A DNA stretch of 64,000 bases from the NCBI GenBank assembly GCA_964016885.1, contig OZ024752.1:6696001-6760000 (forward strand), in the 5' to 3' direction. This document shows positions 25,720-38,039 of this stretch, one piece after another. The notes below the pieces were generated by a model. It saw nothing but the letters and a program-made list of their open reading frames with translations. It did no database searches and had not been told where the DNA came from. Numbering within the stretch: position 1 is the first letter of the stretch; each line of letters starts with the position of its first letter. Both the position numbers and the translations under genes were made by a program. Origin of the DNA: Eledone cirrhosa. Lineage: Eukaryota.

Positions 25720-26045
25720 TGGGAGAGAGAGAGGAGAGAGGAGGGAGAGAGGGGGAGACGGGGGAGAGGGGGGGAGACAGGAGGGAGGGAGAGGGGGGAG
25801 ACAGGAGGGAGAGAGAGGAGAGGGGGAGACCGGAGGGAGAGAGGAGAGAGGGGGAGACAGGGGGGGAGGATGGAGAGAGAGTAGATAGAGGGGGGAAGAG
25901 AGGAGCCGAGGGGGGCAAGAGATATGGGAGGGGAAGAGATATATAGATAGATAGATAGAGAGAGGAGAGAGAAAAAGAGAGAGACGGGAGGGAGGGAGGG
26001 AGAGGGAGAGATGGGAGAGGGAGGAAGAGAAAGAGAGAGAGAGAA
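25720..26045. repeat. GA-rich polypurine tract
   Basis: Seen directly. Confidence 0.9.
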
Positions 26046-26290
26046 TATTTGCCATATTAACAGGCCAAAAAGTAAACAAGTTATTTATTATATAAAATTT
26101 GATATTTCTAGAGAATGAAAACCATCTGTATTGATGAGGGGGAAAATCTTCCCTACACATTTCTAAAAGTGTGAAATACTAAAACATCAGCTCTCACAAC
26201 AGATGAGATGAAACAAGCTGCCCTTTGTAGCTCTCTGTCGCACACACATCTCTTTCATTACCAGAGTTTTAATTAAAGATGCTGCCTGAT

Positions 26291-26622
26291 GGAGGCACAT
26301 GGCTTAGTGGTTAGAGCATTGGCCTTGCAATCGAAAGGTTGTGAGTTCAATTCTCAGACTGGGTGATGTTATTTCCTTGAGCAAGACACTTTATTTCACA
26401 TTGCTCCAGTTTACTCAGCTGTAGAAATGAGATGATAGGGACTGGGGTCCCTATCATTCCACTGTAAAGTGGTCGTGGAGGTGCCACGGCAAAAAAGCAC
26501 CCAGCACTCACTGTAAATGAGGTTGGTGTTAGGAAGGGCATCCAGCTGTAGAAATCAAGCCAGAATCAGTTCCCGTCCCACCCTTGCAAGCAGGGAGAGG
26601 TGGACGTAAGATGATGATGATG
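26291..26622 (+). mobile_element. SINE family B, full length
   Basis: Head, core and (GAT)n tail; gatgctgcct-like sequence on both flanks (possible TSD). Confidence 0.9.
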
Positions 26623-26726
26623 CTGCTGCCTAGAATTTTCAAAATAATTTTGAAAATTATCAAAAATCTGGAGACAGTTAGTAACACAGTTATGTTACTA
26701 ACTTTCTCATTAGTTATCTGGTATTA

Positions 26727-26917
26727 GGGCAGTGGATTGGCAGTGTCGGTAGAGCGTCAGACGCCGTGCTTTGCAGCATAAAGTTATGGCCCTTTACGTT
26801 CTGAGTTCAAATCCCGCCGAGGTTAACTTTGCCTTTCATCCTTACGGGGTCGACAAAATAAAGTACCAGTAATGCACTGGGGTAATTGCTGGCCTTGTGC
26901 CAAAAGTAGAAACAATT
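26727..26917 (+). mobile_element. SINE family A, full length
   Basis: Head, core and tail. Confidence 0.9.
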
Positions 26918-27172
26918 CTTCATCTGGTATTTGGAGCTGCCACTGACCCTTATACAGGGAGAGAAAAGGAGAAGGGTAGCTGTCCTTATATAGGGCCTTC
27001 AACACTGGAAGGAACAAGAAAGGTAGACCTCTTTATACAGGGTCTCCAACACTGGTTGAGGGGAAGGAGGAAGGTTTGTTGCAATCAGAGCCTGAAACGT
27101 TGGGACTGAGTTGACTCTGTTGACAAAGCCTTTACCCTAATACTGCAAATTTTCACAATGATTAGTCCACCA

Positions 27173-27327
<155 letters not shown>

Positions 27328-27565
27328 TGTAAATAGTGAAAAAAAGTAGGTAAGAGTATAAAAAAATATGATTGGAGAGATAGTGATAGGTAGGGGAAGG
27401 AGATAAGAGAGCAGGATGGAGGGGGGGGGGGTTAAATGAGGGTAGGTTGATGAAATAGAGAAACAGGGTTTATGAGAGAGAGACTTAAGTATTTAACAGA
27501 TGTTGATGGAACCACCAAAACATCTCATTCAGGTGGAAATACTTAGTAAATAAACACTTTAATAG

Positions 27566-27613
<48 letters not shown>

Positions 27614-27727
27614 CGTTTCTGAATTTGTTTAGCAAGATTCTTTATCTGAAATCGTGTGTTGAAACCGATATTGTTATACTTTGGGAGGGTCATGTTGCTT
27701 ATTGGCAACATGACCCTCCCAAAGTAT

Positions 27728-27770
<43 letters not shown>

Positions 27771-27771
27771 A

Positions 27772-28128
27772 TCATTATCATTTTACGTCCGCCTTTCCCT
27801 GCTTGCACGGGTTGGACGGGTCCTATTCAGCACAGCATCTCTCCACTTGTCACGGTCCTTCGTCATCTCCTCTGTGAGCTTCAGTGATCTGAGGTCAACT
27901 CTCACCACCTCCACCCATGTTTTCCGTGGTCTTCCTCTACTGTGTCTTCCTTCCACCTGGATTTCTTGGCACTTCTTTACCCAGCGGTCATCCTCCATGC
28001 ACATCACATGTCCATACCATCGCAGTCTTCTCTCCCGCACACTACAACTTATCCCTCTTATACCCAGTTTCTCTCTCAATTCATCTATGCTTGGTCATTC
28101 ACGCACATTGACATTGCACATTCAACGG
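27772..28128 (-). mobile_element. RTE-clade LINE, 5'-truncated 3' end
   Basis: ORF 27783-28079: RERRLRWYGHV...GRPRKTW...DRDKWR, typical of the RTE ORF C-terminus; ends in a (GAT)n-like tail. Confidence 0.9.
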
Positions 28129-28456
28129 AGCATCATCACCGTTTTACGTAAATTATTCCACACTAGCATGGGTTAGACAGATTGTCCTGTTGTGGGCAAT
28201 GCTAGGTCAATTGACCATGTCTTGCATTTACAGAACTGATTTTGGGTTGGTTTCTATGGCTGGATGCCCTTCATAACACCAACCTTATTTGCAGTGAATA
28301 CTGGGAGCTTTTTTGTCATATCACTAACAGAACCACTTTATAGTGTTTGGCTGGGGGCTTGATTAGATGTATACTTCGTACTACCCTCGTGGGAGATGTA
28401 TAGGAGGGTGGGGGTTGTGGTGCATACTGTATATATGGCTGTAAGATATGAAATGT

Positions 28457-28815
28457 GATGCTGCATGGTGGTGAAACATAGGCTGTGACTGCAGAGGACA
28501 TGTGGTGCTACATGGTAGTGAAGCATAGGCTGTGACTGCAAAGGACATGTGTAGACTGGAGAGAAATGAAGTAGCCATGCTTTGTTGGATGTGAAATATA
28601 AGTGGGAGAGAAAGGCAGAGCTTGGATAAACTGAGGGAGAAGCTGGGTTTAAGTGGAAGTTAGTCCAATAAAGACCTGGACAGAGGTTGTGAGAACTAAC
28701 CTCAAATTGCTGAAACTCATTGAGGAGATGGTGAAGAAAGTGGGGAGATGTGCTGAGAAGGACCTGTCCAACCCATGCTAGTGTGGAAAAATGGACGTGA
28801 TGATGATGATGATGA
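28457..28815 (+). mobile_element. Decayed RTE LINE 3' fragment
   Basis: LHGGET*AVT..RLERNE.AML.W-like translation, internal duplication of about 48 bp, standard tail. Confidence 0.7.
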
Positions 28816-28910
28816 TATATATATATATATATATATATCACCGAAATATATATAACAGAGACTCTGAATAAACAAAGTTAATTTCAACCTGTTGACTTAC
28901 ACTTCTTGTT

Positions 28911-28972
<62 letters not shown>

Positions 28973-29042
28973 AATGAAGCAATATATATACATCAAATGA
29001 AGCAATATATATACATCAAATGAAGCAATATATATATCTATA

Positions 29043-29387
29043 TCATCATCATCATCATCATCATTTTACGTCCGCTTTTTCCCTGCTTGCCAGGGTGGGA
29101 CGGGAACTGATTCTGGCTTGATTTCTACAGCTGGATGCCCTTCCTAACAGCAACCTCATTTACAGTGAGGGCTGGGTGTTTTGTTTGCCGTGGCACCTCC
29201 ACGACCACCTTGCAGTGGAATGATAGGGACCCTAGTCCTATCATCTCATTTCTACAGCTGAGTAAACTGGAGCAATGTGAAATAAAGTGTCTTGCTCAAG
29301 GAAACAACACATCACCCGGTCTGAGAATTGAACTCACAACCTTTCGATTGCAAGGCCAATGCTCTAACCACTAAGCCATGTGCCTCC
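29043..29387 (-). mobile_element. SINE family B, full length
   Basis: Reverse complement of family B, inserted in a TA-rich repeat. Confidence 0.9.
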
Positions 29388-29723
29388 ATATATATATATA
29401 TCAAATGAAGCAATATATATATATATATACACACACACTAGCAGGGTACTCATAAAATATGATGGTGTTTATAGTAAAAAATTAAATGAATTCCTTGATT
29501 AAAACCTTCTATGTAAAGATGAGTGGATCCTTGGATATCACACCAGCCATTGCTGTATTTCATTTTAATTGAAATCAATTACAATAACTAAATTATGAGG
29601 ATTTTGTTCTATCTACCATCTTATCTTTAGATTACTATTGGGATTTCTTTGTTGTTGTTGTTGCCCAAAGATATATATATATATTGTTATCAATGTATCT
29701 ATGTACAAAGCGAAACCTACAGT

Positions 29724-30072
29724 CAGTAGGCACCTCTAACAGAAATACACCCTCCCCCCCCCCCCCCCCCGTCCCCCACCCCTTTCGCTGTAAAGTTATG
29801 TTGGTACCACAACATCCAGTCCGAAACAAATGAGGTCGTGTAGGTGTCACGACAAAAAAAACACACAGTCCACGCTGTAATGTGGCCGTGTAGGTAACAC
29901 GGTAAAAACCTCCCAGTCCACGTGGTTGGTGTTAGGAAGGGCATTGAGCCATAGAAAACCTGCCAGACAGTTCTATTTGAGCAAGACAACCAATCTTGCC
30001 TCAAGTGGGAAAACTTCCGTCCAAACCCATGCAAGCGTGGAAGATGGACGTTAAATGATGATGATGATGATA
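29724..30072 (+). mobile_element. RTE-type LINE 3' UTR (family D)
   Basis: Homologous to 62270-62662. Confidence 0.8.
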
Positions 30073-30222
30073 TATATATATATATTATTAGAAAGTGAGG
30101 TTTTTTTACAAAATGAAAAATAACCGAGATGTCCTACACGAGTGAAAGTATAAGGAAAAAAGATGAAATCGAAAATGCAACTGGAGTCTTATTTAAAAAA
30201 AAATATATATATATTTATTTGG

Positions 30223-30266
30223 TTCCTTTACCGGTTTCGCAGATGTTCTGCTTTTCAAAAGTAGAA
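30223..30266 (-). ncRNA. Minimal type I hammerhead ribozyme, U3-A8 core variant
   Basis: Minus strand ctt-TTGAAAA-gcaga-aca-tctgc-GAAA-ccgg-TA^aag. Confidence 0.65.
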
Positions 30267-31053
30267 TTGAGATGGAGGGTCTGTGGTTTTTCTCACATTT
30301 ATATATATATATATATATATATACATACACACTAATGGTGATTTACATGATAAACACACTCAGTACACCGTAAAGTGGTTGGTGATAGGAAGGGCATCCA
30401 GCTATAGGAAACTTGCCAAACAAAGAGTTGGTAGGACCCTTCAGTTTTGTCAAAGACCTCTCCTGTGCACTTGGTAGAAGTGAGACAACAGACCTCTAGC
30501 CTGTCTGTGAGATCAGTGACCTCACTTCAGTACTGGCTTTGTCTATGTAGACATGTCCAACCGTTGCTAGAATGGAAACCAGACGTTAAAACGACAACAA
30601 TGATGATAACGACTATCTTAGTAATTAAATTATTAGTAATTTTAGTAAATCTCACAAATATATTCTATAATTAATTGAAATAGAGTTTATTTCATTAGAT
30701 CATGAAAGGGTTAATCTATTTTCTTCTGCTATAATATTTTATGTCTTTTCTAAATATATTTTTAAATTTACTATTTTTAACTCTGCAATATGATTAACCA
30801 ATAGTTAGCAAGTGATAAACCTCTATAAACATCACATACAATGTAGCCAGGTACCACACCTTAATTAGATATTTAGCACTGAAGATAACCTCACAAATCA
30901 AATTATGCTAGAGGGTTATTTTAGAAAAAGTACATTTAAGTATCTACTTTGAGATAGAGGGATTGGCAGATGCTTACCGCAGTGTCATTTGGTAACTGTT
31001 AGATACAAGTAGGCTTAACTCACTTTTCTGTCTCAGAACACTGCTTTTTATAA

Positions 31054-31295
31054 CCCTTTCAAGAGCGACTTGCCTGAAACCACCTCAGGTTCTACAATAC
31101 AAAACTGTTTCTTTTAAAGTGTTGATGTTTATAAAAAAAAAACCTTCCATCATAATTCATGTTCCAAACACCTGCTTAATAATGGGAAAGTCAGTTGTAT
31201 TAACAAGTTTCTCTAAGTTCTTTATTATTTTCGAAAATGAATTTTAAAAAAACCATAGACAGTGTCTTCCATTTTAAATATGGTAACAAAAGGGT
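31054..31295. mobile_element. piggyBac-type MITE, family P2
   Basis: Begins taaCCCTTT and ends AAAGGGttaa. Homologs at about 51158-51392, 54590-54820, 55755-55910 and 36160. Confidence 0.65.
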
Positions 31296-31403
31296 TAATA
31301 TTTTACATATATGTCTAACCCATGCTAGTGTGGAAAATGGACGTAAAATGGTGATGATGATGATATAAGATATGATGGCTCTTATAAGATATTCAGAGTG
31401 ACA

Positions 31404-31459
<56 letters not shown>

Positions 31460-33087
31460 ATCAATTCTGACGAGGTCAATTTATTACTGCAGTCTATTTG
31501 GCAATATTCTACAAAGTTTCTAGAAGAAAAAGAAATTGATTGACAAGATCCCAGACTTTATTCACTCATCGAGTGAGGTGGAACTTGTCAAATTAGACCA
31601 AGGAAGCAATGTTTCTATTAGTCTTTCCATTACTGGCACCATCTACCACTTGCAACTCCTGGTAGAAGGAGCAATGTGAAATAAAGTGTCTTGGTCAAGG
31701 AGATAATGAATCGCCTAGTCCAGGAATCGAACTCACAACTTCAAAGAGTCTCTGCCTACCCAGTTTCACTCATAAGTTTGGTTTGATTCTTAGCTAAAAA
31801 GAAAGAACCTCTTGAAGAGTTCATGCAGTGGAATAGAACCAAGGATTCCAGGATTGTAAAGTATATTTCTTCTCCATTTGGTGATGCCTGAACCCATATA
31901 TATATATATATAACCCAGTTTTTAGTATTTAAGGAGTTGGTATCTGATTGTTGATCGAAAAATATTTAAAAATATTTCTACGTGGATTGTACAAATAATA
32001 ACACTTTCAACTCTATTTAATTGTATATTTTATTCAGCTCGTCAGATCAGACCAAGAAAACTACCTCCCTACGGAAGAGCTGAACTCCTACTGCCATCGC
32101 CTCCATCACTCTCGCCCTCCCCATCTCTCTCTATTATGAACAAATGGGGTCCCACATGCTGGCTGCCCCACGGCCCCAGCGGACAGTTTGTATTTTTTCA
32201 AGAATGTTTTGCTAATGTGGTTTCAAGTTATTCAATAGATTGAGGTGTGTGTGTGTGTGTGTGGAACCTCTGTCTGTTCCAACAACGAGTGTTCCATTTC
32301 TTGGAACAAAGAAACAGTCTGTCTGTTCAGCAGGAAATTAACGGGCAGGTGGCTGAGCATTCTACAGACACATGTACACTTAATGTAATTCTCAAAGGGA
32401 CAAATGTCACATGACACAAAATGTGACATTTGAATTATAGATACAACTCATTTTTGACAGCTAAGTGAACAGGATCAACGTGAAATAGAGTGTCTTGCTC
32501 AAGGAAACAATGAACTGATGGCAATAAATCTGATGACTATTTATGACCGTGTTGAACACCCAAACCAATAGTCTACATACCTTCACACATTAAAACATAT
32601 ATATCCACATATATATAAGTAAATGAAAACTCTGTGAGCCATCAACTGACAGAAGAAAAAAACAGATTGCTAATTAAAAAATATTCTTTTAGTTTTTTTT
32701 TTTTCTAGAATTGAAAAAAAACAACCTTTTTCTTCCCTGTTTGTCATCTAATCTTTAGAATAAGGAGGAAGACTTCTTCTTTGAGTGGCTTCTTGGAAAT
32801 AAGAGGCCTAGACAGTTCATTCTTGAGAGTGTCTAAGGAAGAAAGGGGCAGTAAAATGATGCCAAACTTGCAATTATAGCATTAAAGTAGCTCAGAAGAG
32901 ATCTTGTATCTTGTATTGGCTGCTTAACACTACTAAATTGGCACCAAGCTCTGCTACTACTAAATGGGTCAACAGGACAACGCTATACCCCCACCACCCT
33001 CTCTATATATCACACTATCCCAACTTCCCTTCCCTCTCTCTACCAATATCACCACCCTCTCTCTCTCTATATATATATATCACCACC

Positions 33088-33121
<34 letters not shown>

Positions 33122-33544
33122 ATCACACTACCCCCACACCACCACCTCCATATATCACACTGCTTCAACTCCCCCTCCCTCTCCCCACCACCACCATTAT
33201 ATACCATACTACCCCCAACTTCCCCCACCACCCCTCTCACCCCCTCATCACCACCACCACACCCTCTATATATCACACTACCCCCTCTTTACCACCACCA
33301 CCACCCTCTCTATACACCATCCAATTGCTATTCTTGATTCCTTTAGACAAAACAACTATTATCAGTTGAGAGTGTGAGTGGTAGTGTGAGTGGTAGTGTG
33401 AGTGGTAGTGTGGGGAGGAGTGAGGCGGAGGAGTAGGAAGACAACAAGACAAGTTTTTGTCCAGTTTCTTCAACTAAACTCCAATCTTATGTTCCTCTAC
33501 TTCTGACATGCCATATATTTTATTATTATTATTATTATTATCAA

Positions 33545-33785
33545 GGGCGGTGAATTGGCAGTATCGGTAGAGGGTCGGACGCCGTGGGCGGTGGATTGGC
33601 AGTATCGGTAGAGGGTCGGACGCCGTGCTTTGATGCATAGAGTTACGGCCCTTGCCATTCTGAGTTCAAATCCCGCCGAGGTTAACTTTGCCTTTCATCC
33701 TTACGGGGTCGATAAAGTAAAGTACCAGTAATGAACCGGGTAATTGCTGGCCTTGTGCCAAAAGTAGAAACAATTATTATTATTA
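33545..33785 (+). mobile_element. SINE family A with duplicated 41-bp 5' head
   Basis: gggcggtgRattggcagtatcggtagagggtcggacgccgt occurs twice; ttattattattatca on both flanks. Confidence 0.9.
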
Positions 33786-33969
33786 TCATCAGAAACACTA
33801 TACAGGGTCTGTTCTCTATTTTGGTCTTCATTAACCAGAATCTACAGTTACTGGGGAATTAAAAAGAAATTTACTGTTAAAACATCAAATATGGGAATAA
33901 CAAGCAAATAGAAAGAAAATGGATTGAAAAAAAAATCCTTTTTTTAAATTCCAGATTTAAGGGGGTCAC

Positions 33970-34260
33970 CATCATCATCATCTAACGGCCATTTTCCATG
34001 CTAGCATGGGTAGGACGGTCTGACCCTTTGAGAGAGAATCAGGTCAGAAGACTGTCTTTTGCTCATCTGGGGCCAATTTCTACAGCTTGGTTTCTACAGC
34101 TGGATGCTCTTCCTAATGACGACCACATTACAGGGTGGACTGGGTGCTTTTTGTTGTGTCTCGTACATGACCACTTTACAGTGTGGACTGGGTGCTTTTT
34201 GTTGTGTCTCGTACATGACCACTTTACAGTGTGGACTGGGTGCTTTTTGCCTTGTCATGT
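33970..34260 (-). mobile_element. Older SINE-B/RTE-UTR-related fragment with 48-bp internal tandem
   Basis: Tail plus three copies of gaccactttacagtgtggactgggtgcttttt. Confidence 0.7.
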
Positions 34261-34952
34261 GGAGAGCCACTACATGGTGTGGGATGGGAACTATACAAAG
34301 GTTTAATACTTATTTTGTTTTTTTAACCAATCAGGGCTATATTTAGACCTTATCCCCCCCCCTCCGACCATTCAGGTGTGTGGAGGGGGGTTAGTTCAGG
34401 CTAGGGAAGCAATTCACCCCCCTCTGCAGCCCTGTATATAATCAACATTAAAAAGACATTTCAACTATGACATAACCAATAAAACTACAATAAAATAAAA
34501 TATTGCTATTTTCTTCTCCTCCTGTCCAACAACAGTCTTTATCTTTATCTTTTTTCTCCTGTGATTTGTCACCTTACTGTTTTCACCCTCTCCCTGTCTT
34601 CCTCACACTCCATCACTTTTCCTATCCTCCCACTCCATCACTTTTGCAATCCTCCCAGCCTTCTCCACACTCCATCCCTTTCCTATCCCCCCCCCCCCAG
34701 CCTTCTGCTAAATTTCTCCCTAAGCACACATGTCACATATATCCCATTTACACAGATTATATAATATATGCGAGCAGCTAGTTGAGATTTGACCTCAGTA
34801 AAGTCAAGTGATTAATTATTCATCTTGGAACAGACATTTTAGCCAATGAAAGGCCAAGGTCGCACTAGGCAATATCATGTTCACTTTTCATTTATTTTAA
34901 AAATTCCTAACACCAGAACAATGGAAAACTGAATATAACAGGTTTTGTATGT

Positions 34953-35126
34953 TCTTAAATGGTTAAAATGGTTCTTCCACATCTTAAATGGTTAAAATGG
35001 TTCTTCCACATCTTAAATGGTTAAAATGATACTTCCATATCTTAAATGGTTAAAATGCTACTTCCATATCTTAAATGGTTAAAATGGTTCTTCCACATCT
35101 TAAATGATTAAAATGGTTCTTCCACA
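34953..35126. repeat. 29-bp tandem repeat, about 6 copies
   Basis: cttaaatggttaaaatggttcttccacat. Confidence 0.9.
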
Positions 35127-35147
35127 ATATAACTACACACTTCTTAA

Positions 35148-35575
35148 CCTTTTAGTATTTACCTTACTCTATATATACTATTGTATTGTCACAGTAAAGG
35201 CTTTACCTCACATAATATCTCACATAACATTTACATTACTCTATATATACTATTGTATTTTCACAGTAAAGGCTTTACCTCACATAATATCTCACATAAC
35301 ATTTACATTACTCTATATATACTATTGTATTTTCACAGTAAAGGATTTACCTCACATAATATCTCACATAACATTTATATTACTCTATATATACTATCGT
35401 ATTTTCACAGTAAAGGCTTTACCTCACATAATATCTCACATTGAATCTCTGAAATTTTGATATTATTTATTTTGAGAACAATAACTTAACATCAGTATGA
35501 GTGGCTGATTATGGCTAGTTTGAACTGAAAGAGTGGAGAGAATTCTGGCCTTGTGGCTGGTTTAAATGCTAATGT
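35148..35575. mobile_element. MITE P1 with an internal 72-bp tandem (about 4 copies)
   Basis: Homologous to 527-745; TTAA flanks; decayed TIRs. Confidence 0.75.
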
Positions 35576-36519
35576 TTAAATAGTTAAAATAATTCTTCCC
35601 CTATATAACTACAACATCTTAAATAGTTAAAATAATTCCTCCACAATATAACTACAACATCTTAAATCAAAACACAGCTCTGCATGACTCCTCTTTTAAC
35701 CAGAATACTAAAGATTGATGTAAAAAAATAAGTAATGAGATATTTGAGCCTTTATTTAGGTGTGTGTCTATTTTACCATTCATCTCCATTTAGCAATTTA
35801 GTAGACATCTATAAACCCTTTAAGAGATGTAGGCAGCAAATTAGCTGAGTTATTAGACCCTCAGAATGTTTTGTGGTATTCGTTTCAGCTGTCTGAGTTC
35901 AAATCCTGCCAAAGTCAACTTTGCCTTTCATCCATTTAAGGTTGATAAAGAAGTACCAGTCTAGTACTGGGGTCAATTCTTCCTCCATATCTCTTTCTTA
36001 CTTTCCATTCTCTCACTCTCTTTCCTTCTCTGGAAGAAATCTACTGTATTCAGACCTAGAGAGGGGTGGGTTCCACCAGGTTTTAAAATGCCCTAGACAC
36101 TCTGTAAGTCACTATGGCTCCTCTACAACTCCATCAAGAGTTAGTGAACCATACATACATTAACCCTTTCATTATACACATTTCTAATGAATGAATCTGT
36201 CCAATATTTTCAAAACATTTTGAAAATAATAAAATATAGATTTAACAAGATAACTAACTTTCTCCTTATTTGACTTTAAGATTAATCTTGAAAAGGAGGA
36301 ACTGATTTATCAGATGAAATCAATGAAGTATAGTTTCCATTGACCTGTCACAACTCCTGGCAGAAACAAGGGAGATTTTACACAAAATATAGGGAACAAA
36401 TACTGCAAGGCATTTAATTCAACACCCTCACAACTCTGCCAATTTACTATAATATAAATACTTTAAAATAAACAGCTTAGTATGATAGAACTATAATAAT
36501 ATTATAGAAGACATAATCA

Positions 36520-36718
36520 TAATGATGATGATGGTGGTGGTGGTGGTGGTGGTGGTGGTGGTGGTAATGGCAATGATGGTGATGATGATAATGACGATGA
36601 TGATGGTGGTGATGGTAGTGGTGGCGGTGGTGATGGTAGTGATGGCGGTGGTGGTGGTGGTAATACCAATGATGGTGATGATGATGGTAGTGATGGTAAT
36701 GACAATGATGGTGATGAC
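36520..36718. repeat. (GGT/GAT)n tract
   Basis: Seen directly. Confidence 0.9.
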
Positions 36719-36795
36719 ATTACAGAAAAGAATGACAGTACAGAAGAAAGGCTGTCTCAGTAGAAAGTGGAGACGATAGTTTTACAATCCATCAT

Positions 36796-37879
36796 GTTAA
36801 CTGTGGTGCAAGTCAACACCAGAACTGCAGCTTCAAGTTAACTGTGGTGCAAGTCAACACCAGAACTGCAGCTTCAAGTTAACTGTGGTGCAAGTCAACA
36901 CCAGAACTGCAGCTTCAAGTTAACTGTGGTGCAAGTCAACACCAGAACTGCAGCTTCAAGTTAACTGTGGTGCAAGTCAACACCAGAACTGCAGCTTCAA
37001 GTTAACTGTGGTGCAAGTCAACACCAGAACTGCAGCTTCAAGTTAACTGTGGTGCAAGTCAACACCAGAACTGCAACTTCAAGTTAACTGGTGCAAGTCA
37101 ATACCAGAACTGCAGCTTCAAGTTAACTGTGGTGCAAGTCAACACCAGAACTGCAGCTTCAAGTTAACTGTGGTGCAAGTCAACACCAGAACTGCAGCTT
37201 CAAGTTAACTGGTGCAAGTCAACTCCAGAACTGCAGCTTCAAGTTAACTGTGGTGCAAGTCAACACCAGAACTGCAGCTTCAAGTTAACTGTGGTGCAAG
37301 TCAACACCAGAACTGCAGCTTCAAGTTAACTGTGGTGCAAGTCAACACCAGAACTGCAACTTCAAGTTAACTGGTGCAAGTCAATACCAGAACTGCAGCT
37401 TCAAGTTAACTGTGGTGCAAGTCAACACCAGAACTGCAGCTTCAAGTTAACTGTGGTGCAAGTCAACACCAGAACTGCAGCTTCAAGTTAACTGTGGTGC
37501 AAGTCAACACCAGAACTGCAGCTTCAAGTTAACTGTGGTGCAAGTCAACACCAGAACTGCATCTTCAAGTTAACTGTGGTGCAAGTCAACACCAGAACTG
37601 CAGCTTCAAGTTAACTGTGGTGCAAGTCAACACCAGAACTGCAGCTTCAAGTTAACTGTGGTGCAAGTCAACACCAGAACTGCAGCTTCAAGTTAATTGT
37701 GGTGCAAGTCAACACCAGAACTGCAGCTTCAAGTTAACTGTGGTGCAAGTCAACACCAGAACTGCAGCTTCAAGTTAACTGTGGTGCAAGTCAACACCAG
37801 AACTGCAGCTTCAAGTTAACTGTGGTGCAAGTCAACACCAGAACTGCAGCTTCAAGTTAACTGTGGTGCAAGTCAACAA
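36796..37879. repeat. 41-bp minisatellite (GTTAACTGTGGTGCAAGTCAACACCAGAACTGCAGCTTCAA), about 26 copies
   Basis: Tandem periodicity. Confidence 0.98.
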
Positions 37880-38039
37880 TATATTCAGCACGATACTTGT
37901 AGGTAAACTACGGAGTTGCAGTGTGGCCAAATGGTCAAGATATTACTTGACCATGTCGGTGTAGCACAAACTGGTTTCAAGCTAGAGATAGAGAAAGGTG
38001 GAAGAGTACACTGACCCTTTGCCATGCAGCTGGAGGAAC

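Noticed and set aside
31995-32050. Minus-strand CTGACGA...GAAA
   Set aside because: Stems I and III cannot be formed convincingly.
36796-37879. CRISPR-like palindromic 41-bp repeat
   Set aside because: Head-to-tail units with no spacers.
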